Assembly: GCA_028023455.1 (NCBI GenBank)
Contig: JAQFVV010000007.1
Location: 19,778,001 to 19,842,000, forward strand
DNA length: 64,000 nucleotides
Origin: Epiperipatus broadwayi
Taxonomy: Eukaryota; Animalia; Onychophora
Direction: 5' to 3'
Shown here: positions 53,005 to 64,000 of the stretch, in pieces
Numbering within the stretch: the first letter of the stretch is position 1
Layout of the letters: each line of letters begins with the position of its first letter
Position numbers and translations under genes: made by a program
The notes under the pieces: model-generated
What the model saw: the letters and a program-made list of their open reading frames with translations, nothing else
What the model was told of the DNA's origin: nothing
Database searches by the model: none

Positions 53005-53492
53005 TGCACATAGGCAAAACTCTTCATATAGTATCCACTCGGTGCAAGCCAAAGTAATCAATGGGTGCAGGAAGATTTGCACATAAAATCTTTATCTAGT
53101 GCATTTTCATCCAATATTCCCAGACTAGTTTTTAGCTTGTGGCTTTCATCATTGAGAAACTTTGGATCTGAGTGCGCTGTGCCAAGATTTTAGGATCCAA
53201 TGCAACCCTCCAGCAGCACCTTTAATATTATTAGCTAACTATAAAATTTTGAGTCCAAAATGAAAACACAGTAATGTTAGCAATTCAAGTTCATTAGCTT
53301 GCATAGTCATATAGATCAACTCAGTTCAACATCCATACGTTTTGGTGTCTTTGGTTCTTTAATAATCACTCTCACCATAATCTTATTGATTATTCTGGCT
53401 TGCACTGAGTGGCACTACTATTCATAGAGTTTTGCCTATGTGTAAACAGTTGTGTAGGCATAAAAATGGTGATCATGTGATGTTTAGTGGTT
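53005..53492. mobile_element. fold-back family A copy; hammerhead remnant at 53116-53159(-)
   Basis: The left arm matches the 16.2 and 41.1 kb copies. Minus strand reads TTCTCA ATGATGA AAGC CACAA GCTA AAAAC TA GTC TGGGAA. The partial right arm at 53385-53492 ends in GGTGATCATGTGATG. Confidence 0.8.
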
Positions 53493-54469
53493 AAATTACA
53501 CATACACTACTTTACATCTTAGATTAAAATATATTTATATCTATTTTGAAGTGCAGCCAAAAAAAAGAATACACTGATCCTAAATTTCAATAAAAACTAA
53601 TAATTTAATAAAATTAAAAAGAACAATATAAACGCAGTTTAAATCTCAATTACCTAACAAATAAATAAGCATTTTCTTAATTAGACAATATATAAATTAT
53701 GCCAAAATATTTCATTTTAAACATTTTTAATAACATTAATTCTGTTTATTTATCTATTGTCTGATATATAACGTGTAAAATAACACATAAAAAATGTATG
53801 TACAAACAAAAAGGATATTACTCTCACACTTGTAATATGCATTGAAAATTAATTATTTTGAATATATGAAGAGGGGGAATATCACTTTTTTATATTGTGC
53901 TCAATTAACAATATTTAAAAATGTATGTATTTTTATATCTCTATCCATTCATATTTCATGTGCGCACATATGGTTAACCAGTTATTTAGTAAACAAGTTA
54001 CACAGCATGCTTAGCATCTTGTAAACCATTAAACAATTTTTTTTAGTATATGCATTGTTTATGTTCTAATATTAAATCCAGTATTTAACATGCTTTTGTT
54101 GTTTGGGAACTCAGCTCCTATAGTTTCACATCTCTGGTAAATATGACTATAAGCAGCTTTCCAATTTTCTGGATTTTTATATTGATTTTTACTCCTTCTA
54201 ATTTAATTTTACTTCACATATAAGGCAATCATCTGTAGATCTGATCATTATGGGTAGTGTTGAATATGAGGATATTTGTCTTAATGCTAGTCTTTCATTC
54301 TCACCCCCCACCTCCTTTTTAGCAGGTTATTTTATAATCTCATTTTATGCAGATGTCCTATTGTTGTTATTTTATATAGAAGGTTCACATTTTATGGTCA
54401 ACATGTAGAAGTTGGTACTTATTTGTTATTTTAAAAAAATACTACCCTTTATTTTTAAATTTATATAAT

Positions 54470-54885
54470 AACATAATAAAATTAATGTTGATTAGTTATA
54501 TTTCCCAGATATCTTACACTACCTATAATTATATGGAAATTGATTTATATTTTATTTTGACTTCCTCAATGCATATTTATGAGCACTGATTTTCTATCAG
54601 CCTTATGCACCAATTCTTAACTAAATAAAAAATTGGGCAATAAAGGAATACATATAAAAACATGCATTAATTCTTGGTATGGAAATTCCCTACATTAGCC
54701 CATCATTATATTCTAGCTCTGGTATTGATAAGCAATTGGAAATAAAGACACAGAATGACATTAATCTTTGTCAATATTCACTCATAATATTTACTAACAA
54801 GTTATGGAAACGACTGATTGCCAACTATGTATTTTATTAATTCTATCAATTTATTTCAAAATATTTTTTCTTATATTTCAGTGAC
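54470..54885 (+). repeat. dispersed repeat, copy 1 (second copy at 58055-58435)
   Basis: Shared blocks TTAGTTATATTTCCCAGA, GACTTCCTCAA, CAATTGGAAATA.AGACACAGAATGA and TATTTTATTAATTCTATCAATTT. Confidence 0.8.
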
Positions 54886-57800
54886 AATCTTTCCAAGCAT
54901 AAACATGTATCAAAAACATACAAACAATATACATCACCAAACTAAAATATGCTTTGCTATTGTACCGGTCAAAAAACCACCCACAACAACAAGACTCAAC
55001 CGCAAAGCCAGATTCAAACTCAGTCGAACCAAACTGAATTCAAACCCAACTCATGAGCTCATATCAAATCACTGGATGACATATGTCGATGGTACATGAC
55101 TATGTGCCAAGGAACTAGCTCAATGGATGATGATGGTTTGAGACCCCTGATCTAACTCGAATAATGTATAATAAAATAACTATGGCTATTTATGAGTTAA
55201 TTCACATATATGTATGTTCGGGTTGCCAATACAGACAGCGAGCATTAGTATTAAAATAATTATTGAATAATAAAGTTAAAAACCAAATGTGTTAATAAAA
55301 TGTTTAATAATAATAATAATTTTGTTCAACTTTTAGATTATGATTATATAGATTACCTCTAGTCTTTAAACGGAATTTATAATTTACAATAAGAATGGCA
55401 GTCCTTATTATATGCCAATAACTATTATGCAATATTCTAGAAGGATTATATATGTCTATGCCCCGACAAGAAAATAAAAGTAGATAAAGGTATTTGGCTA
55501 TGACAGAAATTATTATTCTAGTTCTAAAAGAAAGAATGTGAGATTCATTTCCATATTCGTAAATTAATTTATGAAGAGCAAGATATGTATTTAGGGCATA
55601 ACTTTAATATTTAACAGAAAACTTATCTAATTAGAAATGAATAAAAATTTGTTCGACTTTAATGAAATCAATTCATCACGATTTACAAGCATGAGAGTGG
55701 GGCTTTATTTGGGCTGAGAAGTAAATGGTATTGATGTCTTATGAGCTATAAAAACGAATACAAAAAATAATGGCTTGTCTGTGATTTAAATAGGAGGATG
55801 ACTTGTGTTTTGCAAGTCTTTCTGCCCTGTCAAGGAGATGTGGAACACAGGGAAAGCCAGGTCGGGTCATAGCCGCATATCTTTGGTGTTCCAATATAAT
55901 AAAGAATGAGCAAGTGGAGGAAGTGGTTTCTTCCTCAGTAATTAAAGTAAAAATAGTATCACTGATGACAAGCCTATGAAGCAAGAGATGGCTTGTGCCA
56001 GTAATGTTCGAAAATGATGACTCGATAATCATCGAGTGTAATTAATAAAACCCATTTTATATAAAGAACGCTCTACGTGATGACCTGATCATGGAATTAA
56101 AGTCAAATGAGCTTTAATACAGAAATACTTAACGTAATTATAAAATTATATTAATTATACCCTAAACATCATGCTCTCCCCGAATATTATTAGAAAGCAT
56201 AAAATTTAAATTAGAGGATATTCATTTAATTCCTTTATCGACCTTTTTGCAAAACATTTTAACATTATATATGAATAAATAAATATTGGTGAAACTCAAG
56301 AAAATAGCAGGGGTGTAGGTTAGAAATAGCTAATAGTTAATATCAGCTGTTAGTAAAATAGTAAACATTTAATAAATTCTTTTGACTTGATGATTAATAG
56401 AATGGTATTAATCTAATTCTAATGGGTGAGAATTATTATAAGACTTAATATTATATTACTTGCATAAGGCAAATGAAACAAAGGAGATCATCGAGTCGAA
56501 GGATTATTGGCATATAATAGAAATAAATGACATTAATGATTATTTAATATATATAGTAAGGTTAGATAAATGAACCTCCATTGTAAGAAAAAAAAAGGAA
56601 ATTAACATAATACCAATTTTAAAGACTAGAGACTAAGAGAATTACTGCATAATTTAAGATAGCATAAATAAAAGAAGCTTTTATAGTAGATAGCTTAAAA
56701 GGTGGTGTAAAATAAAGTTTGGAAACTGGCCAGAAAGTTGTGGTTGTTTCAAGAAAAATATTACCATTCCTTCATGGTTGGTTTTTTAGATTACACATGG
56801 CAGAGTCCAGTTGGATGAAATGTAGTTGCACATTTTGAACTTTTGAATGGCATTTGAATTGATTATATCATGTTTTGGCAGCACAATTGGTCCGGAAAAG
56901 GTTTAGTTTAGCAGCTTCTTTGAACATCTTCTGGGGGCTTTGGGCCCAGCAGTCAGACTCCCAAAGTTTAGCCCCTCACCATGATGGAGACACTATTGAA
57001 ATTCATAATTTAAAGATGCACATAGATTATAGTAGCACTTCTTTAAAACAAATAAGGCTTCCTCCTCTCCAAACTTTTCCAGGCTATTTATACTGTCCTT
57101 GGGTTTCCTGCCTGTTCTAGATGCCTTCAGGCTAATGCTTCTTGCATTATCAAAATTACAAATTTTCCTAATTGATTTTAGATACATTCCTTCGATAAGG
57201 CTTTCAAACTCGTTAACTTTGAATTCATTTTCTAATTAGAAAATGAATTTACAAATCTAAAAAAACGATTTTAATTAGGAACCATCCTTACATTTTAAAT
57301 TATTATCTTTTTGGTAATTAATAAAACTTTCCCCATTGTCTTTGGAAAAGGACAATCTGAAAGCTTATCGAAAGTCGAAAGAATGTAGCTTTTAATCACT
57401 AAAATTTGAACAAACTGTTTAAAAGTAAAATAAAACATTCTGACACAATGAAACTTTATAATGAATATATATATTTAAATATTTTTAAATATATATGCAC
57501 AATCCATGCAGTTATAATATATATAAATTCAGAAATAATTTTATCATGAATTTATTAATGATATTGACTAGTTTGAATTCAAACTAGTTAGTTTTAACAT
57601 ATTTTTGTATAATACTATTTTTTTAATGAAACTAGCATGTATTGAATGTATAAAGCCCCATTGCATTGGAAATTCATGGCTAGTACTAGGGTTTGAAGTG
57701 GGCTTCAGGTGAGATATCATAAAGCTGGGATCAAACTTAGATCTGACTGCTTCATTATATCACAAATTCACTTTTCCATACCTTTCATGTTATTCCAAAG

Positions 57801-58054
57801 TGTGCCAAACATTACTGTGCTGCATCTTTTTAAGTTATTTGAGCCCAACCAAATTGTGTGCTAAAATTACTGCACTGGTCAACACCTCCTTACATGTTAT
57901 TTATACAACAGATTGAGAGAAATATCCAAACCTTTCATGCTTCAAATGATAATAATCTCTTTGATACACATATGGTTTTATTGAAAGTTCACTATTTAAA
58001 AAACAACAACATACTACTCCTTATTTCTAAATTTATATAGTAAAGGTAACTAAA

Positions 58055-58435
58055 CTAATGTTAATTAGTTATATTTCCCAGACATTTTATGTGTACCTAT
58101 AAATATATGTAAACTAATTTATATTTTGTTTTGACTTCCTCAAGGCATATTTATAAGCACTGATTTTCTTAATAGCCTTAAGCACCAATTCTTAAATAAA
58201 TAAAAAATTATGCAATGAGGAATACATGTAAAGAAAATACACATGATAACTCTCAAGATACATGGCATTAATAAACAATTGGAAATAGAGACACAGAATG
58301 ATATTAATCATTGGCAATATTCACTTATAATATTTAGTCACAAATTATGGAAAAGAGTGACTACCAATAATGTATTTTATTAATTCTATCAATTTGTTTC
58401 AAAAAATTTCTTTTTTAAAAAATATCATTTCAGTA
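58055..58435 (+). repeat. dispersed repeat, copy 2
   Basis: See 54470-54885. Confidence 0.8.
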
Positions 58436-58645
58436 AACAAACAATTAATAATGAATCTGACTAAATTATAATTTTCCCCAAATACATGTTTTTATATATT
58501 TCTCTTTACCCAAACCCAAATGAAAAATAAATAAAAAATACAATCTACCTAATAAGTTCCCATTACTATTATCCAGATGTACATTAAATATAATATTCTA
58601 TACTGGCAGTTAATTCAAAAACACCTTCTCTTTCTTCATTTATCA

Positions 58646-58679
<34 letters not shown>

Positions 58680-60599
58680 TGTCTGTGGAATGGTGTACAC
58701 TTGCACATATACATATGTGCTTTTTACGTTCTTTTATTCATTCAATAATAAAAAAAAACATGAAAAACAGAAAACAAAATTTCATGATCAATCACAGAAT
58801 TAATAATACAAAAAAGCACAAAATTATGCAAAATAAAAGGTAAATTTTCACCTTATTTCCTAGGATTATAACAACAAATATCGGTAAGCTTACCTACATA
58901 TGTAAATTTTATGTGACTTTCTTGTTTCCCCATAGAATGTTCATATCTTTTGGTAGCAAAATTAATCTTGTCCTTTTGTGGATTTTAGGCTAACTTTCAG
59001 TAATAGGCAATCCATGTATTTATAGTTCACAAGAACCTTTACTATCTTTTTCATTAGGTATTTATATTGAATTCCATTTTGGCAAATTGTTAATCAGATA
59101 GCAGACAGATGGCAACAGAAATAACACAATCACATGGCTAATACAGATCTGGCATATTTCTGTTTTTCTACTCCATGATATTTATTATTTGGCAATTAAT
59201 ATTATATGTTTCACATATATATATATTTCAGTGAACACAGAATACTTACTCCCAATAATTACCTATTTTTTTTATCAAAAATCTCCTTAATTCTTTCAAA
59301 CTCCATGTAATTTAAGATTTCCCTTTAGTGTTCTGTTAAAGTCTCAATTTTTCTCTGCAAAAGTTCTTTTCTTCTCCCCTTCCCTCCAAAGAATATAAAT
59401 TCAACAAAAATAGCAGCCAAAGAGACATCTGTATGAAGCAAAAGTATACATTTTTTAACAATATACTTCCCTTACATAAACAAAATATGCTGACTCATCA
59501 TTTTGTCTCTCTTTTTATCTTGTACAAAAAATAACAGATAAAGAAAAATTCCCATTTTTTTTATCATGCAATCTTTAAATAACATATAATTATAAACTTT
59601 TTAATAAGGTTCAATCACTTGATTAGAGTACAAACAAAAGAAAAATAGTATATATTGAATCAATATCAGATTTATTTTACATTGATAAAAAAATTTTTTA
59701 CTAATTAATCCATTATTGGGTCTATACATACTTTTACCCTTTATATATAAAAAACACTAAAATAATTTTATCATTAATAACATTCCACATACCATTTAAT
59801 AAATTTTTTATATAATTACTCATAATAATTAACAAAATGTAGTAAATGAATTAGTGATATTTTTTTCTTTATATTTTATAAAGTTTAAATAAAATAAAGT
59901 TAAAAAAATATTACATCTTAAAAAAAAATATTAATGTTAAAAAAAATTTTTTTGTATCACAATAAAACAAAATGCCAAAATAAAATATAATTTATATCCT
60001 CTGTGTACAAACCTTTAATCTATAGACACATTTGTAATTACTTCAAGCCCTTTTTATTTTCTCTGGCTAAGATTTATTTATATTAAAATATTTTACACCT
60101 TGTGAAGAGGTTCAAATCTTAATCCCCATCACAATATTTATAATAAGTTAATCTTCTTACATATTTGAAATTAATTAGACTTGTTTGTTTATTCCCATGT
60201 TAAAAGAAAGATTTAATATAAAGCTGTAAAAAGTATTTTAACTTCAAACAAAAATGGTATAAGATTTTACTTTTTTAAAGAGATTTAATAAACACCTTTT
60301 TTACAATAATAACGTAGTGAGTTATTTATATAACATTATGTTTTAATCTGTAGCAAACACTAGGATCACCCACTGTACATGTGCCATGTGCTATAAACTA
60401 ATAAACAATTTTAAATAATACTCTTCATTCCAAGCATAAGATAAAGTCTTTTGAAAAGATATAATGAATCCATTCTACCTTTTTAACCTAAACTTCTATG
60501 TATAGACAAAACTTAAACATTTGAAAAAGTGCATGAAAATATTAATTAATCACTTTAAATTCCATAGCTATGTTAATAATAATATAATAAATAGAAAGA

Positions 60600-60900
60600 T
60601 TTAAACTCAGGACTTTTTCAGTCTATTCATCCTCCACTCCATCTCAAACAATGAATAGACATAATTACACATATAAAAAAAGATAGATAATATTCAATAT
60701 ATAAATATTTTATGCATATCCAGCACTGATGAGTTGGGCCACATCATAATCTCCCACACATATATACAGTCAGTGCTCAGTTTATATTAAGATAGAAAAT
60801 TTGAAAACTTTAATGGACAGGCTTTAATCTTCTCACCCTTCCAATTATTCAGTTATTCATTTCATTGAAAAACTGATAATGGAATATTCAAGCCACACAA
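60600..60900 (-). mobile_element. fold-back family B, single arm plus spacer
   Basis: Matches 42090-42400 (CCAGCACT..AGTTGG, CTCCCACACATATATA, CTTTAATGGACAGG). Confidence 0.7.
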
Positions 60901-62229
60901 GATTTTATATATAATTTAATTATATAAATTAAACTTTTATGAATGTAACTTAAATATTTATAAAACGTTTATGTAAAATTCTCTTTTTTTTAATTAAAAA
61001 AAATGTCCATTTATTTTAATGAAGTAAACATGTATGGGTTTCCAATCAATGTAGCATAATGCACTGGTTTTTGGGTTTAAATCCATTTAATAACTTGGGT
61101 TTGCAGCACAAGAGAACCTCATTTCACTTTAACAAAAAACCTTAAGAGAAGTGTCATTATAGGTTAATGAAAGGAAATTGTCAGTTAGTAATAGGTGATA
61201 GTTTCCTGGCAACATCCAAAGGTAAAAAAATATTTCTTCTTACATGGATATAATCTCTTTACTGCTATTCTTTATTATAATAATGGTCAATGAAAATATT
61301 TAATTCAATATATAAACACATCATTAAGATAAGAGTAAATTCAATAATATTTATTTATTGCTTTAATCTATATCACAAAATAGATATTTGTATTCATTAA
61401 TCAAAAACCAAATGTTCAACCCAACATTTTATGGCTCCAGAATTTGGATATCTCACTACTTTTTCCAGTATCCTTCCAATATCAATGGATCTTCACTCTT
61501 TATAAGCTTGCTTTTATTTATATATATTCTGTTAATATTAATGTATACATTGCCATCTTTTCTGATTACAATTGTGTCTCACTTTAATGCCAAACTAATG
61601 ACTCTCATAGATCTCCATACTTACATACAAGCTATGATGATGGAGGCTAAATTACTGCTTTGCCCAATTTGATGCAAATTCAGTAATATTACAAATCTAA
61701 TATTAAAAAATTAATTTTGTGAGCACACATGGAATTAATAAATGTTGTCTCTGATTGTTGATTTACACATATACTTAATACTTAATATCTGACTTTAAAT
61801 GAAAAATCTTACAAAAAATTCATGATGATTTTCTCAAATACTATTAGTTTTATTTATTCATTTTAAAAAAACTTGATGGGACTAATAAATTGACGAAAAA
61901 TAATTGCTATACATTGCTATTTTATTTTGAATAGTTATTCAGAAATTATATGGTACAATTTTAAACTACTGTTTAATATTAAAATTCAGTGCTCATCAAA
62001 ACACATAACTGATTGCAAAAGGAAAAACCATTTTTCCGACAACAAAACTAAGATATATTGCATTGCAGAAAATTTCCAAATGAAACTAAATATGTTTTGG
62101 CAATGAGGATTTAATTATAATGAAAAGGGGGGTTTTTAATAGATGTGTTTTACTGGTGCTTACTTAAGGATCTGAAAGTTGAACACTGTTGCCAGTTCTT
62201 AAGTATGAACCTGAGACTTGAGCACTTAC

Positions 62230-62450
62230 CAGAATAGCAACACAAAGACTTCAAATCATTTAATGAAGTATAAAGAAGTTATATGTTGAGAATGACAAGA
62301 ACAGATCAAAAAACAAACCGGCATTACTGACATCATTAAACAAATTAAAAAACTAAAGTGGTATTGAGCTAGATATATTTTTAGAAGAGGTGATAATATA
62401 TGGAAAGTTGAAGTTTTAAATTGTACCCCAAGAGTATGTAAAAGATACGA
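62230..62450 (+). mobile_element. decayed RTE 3' fragment
   Basis: The antisense ORF 62256-62453, LGVQFKTSTFHILSPLLKIYLAQYHF, parallels LGIQFKISTVHLLSSLLAICPAQLHF in the antisense of the intact RTE. Confidence 0.7.
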
Positions 62451-62888
62451 CAAATATTTGAAATAAATATAGCAGTTTGCTATTGTGATGAAAAGATGCT
62501 ATTGATTTAAGAAAGTGGATTAAATGTGGATAGATAATGGTGTAAAATGCTAGAATGTAACAAATTTTAATATTTTTATAGATATAATAATTAACTGTGC
62601 AAGTGTATAATTTATTGATTTCAACTGAGTGCCAATGACATGAACTATAATTCTTTAAGTCATTATTAGAGAAACTAAATGGATTTGTCATAAATTTTTC
62701 TTGAACACTTCATTAGATAACAGATAAATAATTAACAATTTTAAGCCATTCTTTATGTTAAACCAGTTGAACTTAATGAATGATATTTCTGTAGTGCAAT
62801 TTTCACTTCATCACTCACATGCAAGTTAGGGACTGGTTCCTATATACTTTAAACATTTTGTGGAGGTGTATACTCATAAACATATGAC

Positions 62889-63101
62889 TAATAATCAATA
62901 AAGCAAGTCATATATAGCATGACATTGCTTTTATGAGCTTGTATTTGTAAATATGTAATATAGGGAGCACACCAATACCTCAAACAAGCTTTTAATTAAT
63001 AAGTGTGGTAAGAGATAAATATTTAAAATCTCTATCTAGAACATTATCACCCAGATCAAAAACAATGTCATGCTATATATGACTTGCTTTATTGATTATT
63101 A
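62889..63101. repeat. perfect 39-bp inverted repeat with a 135-bp spacer
   Basis: 62889-62927 TAATAATCAATAAAGCAAGTCATATATAGCATGACATTG is the exact reverse complement of 63063-63101. Confidence 0.92.
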
Positions 63102-64000
63102 TAATTTTGGCTTTATGGCCTTGGCAATACTAAGGCTCTTAATATATGGTAGACCTGAATTTGGTTTAGTCTCATATGGCTATTTAAATTAGAAAGCTGG
63201 AGTTAAAGACATTTTCATGTCCAAAAATTTCAGAGTTTCTACTTAAATGTTACATATTAAATAAGTGCTGTTTTTTGCATTGATATTTTAGATTTAGTGT
63301 CTGAATATTCTAGCTCCTCACTAAGTTGAGCCAAAATCTTGAAACAAATTGGTCTGGGGATGGGAATGTTCTAATCGAGATTTTAAATATTTTTCTCTTA
63401 CCACACTTATCAATTAAGAGCATGAGCTATTGGTATGCTCCCTATTGTAACATTTTTACATTTTGTTAGGCCTTTTATTACACACTAGAATGTGGAAGTT
63501 AATCAAGTTATGAAGAAGAAAAATATTTTGTTCATATTTTTAACAACATAATTATATTTCCTGATTAACTCTACCTAATAATTATTATGATTTGAATTGC
63601 TGGCAGAATCAGTTTTTAATTTATAAAACAGGGTACCAAAGTTGTTAGACTCACTGATTTTGCATGAAGCACATTGTAACTTATAAAGCAAATGCTTACA
63701 AATATTGGGATTATGATTTTCCATCAATTAATTATTTTATTTTAAGAAGCTATTTCTCCTAGGACTTAATTAATAAAGCATATTGTCAAGGTAATTTATA
63801 CACTTTTATAAGACTAAACAACAAAATCTAACACTCAAAATTAATAAAGTAACTAATTAAAAATTAAGCACATACCAGGAAAGTTTTAGATTAGTAGTAA
63901 TGGTTTTGTTATGACACATTAAACATTTAAACATTTATAGTAATAATAAAATTATAATATTGAGTAAACACATACACGTGTACTCACATAATTATCTTAA

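Noticed and set aside
54890-56700. Possible mitochondrial insertion (NUMT), suggested by composition and short motifs such as HQWY and ESGF.VE
   Set aside because: Translating with the invertebrate mitochondrial code gave no sustained match to COX, ND, CYTB or ATP6. The 55739-56032 ORF looks more like a decayed LINE C-terminus. BLASTN against mitogenomes would settle it.
56700-57200. Possible gypsy integrase C-terminal remnant on the minus strand (SKKL..TFSGP)
   Set aside because: Only one short motif among stops; too weak to annotate without a profile search.

Overview
This is AT-rich animal nuclear DNA, invertebrate-like in character, with no recognisable host gene exon, rRNA, functional tRNA or CRISPR array. 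It is mostly old and recent transposable elements plus long microsatellites. Best-supported features: (1) a non-autonomous gypsy-type LTR element (21973-32370) with a much younger, related element (25464-30412, opposite strand, ATTT TSD) nested in its 3' LTR; (2) a full-length RTE LINE (49431-52731) with an intact 943-aa endonuclease+RT ORF and an HDV-like ribozyme fold starting at its first base; (3) a SPIN/URR1-like hAT MITE (39955-40137); (4) decayed Penelope, L1/Tx1, RTE, gypsy and Tc1/mariner fragments. The most unusual signals are two multi-copy families of ~0.5-0.6 kb fold-back elements with a minimal type I hammerhead motif in each inverted arm, a covarying 31-32 bp hairpin with a B-box-like loop at the U3 end of both LTR families, and an in-frame loss of 119 capsid codons from the still-open gag ORF of the nested element. 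All structures and alignments were done by eye. Family names recalled from memory need database confirmation, and boundaries of decayed elements are approximate.
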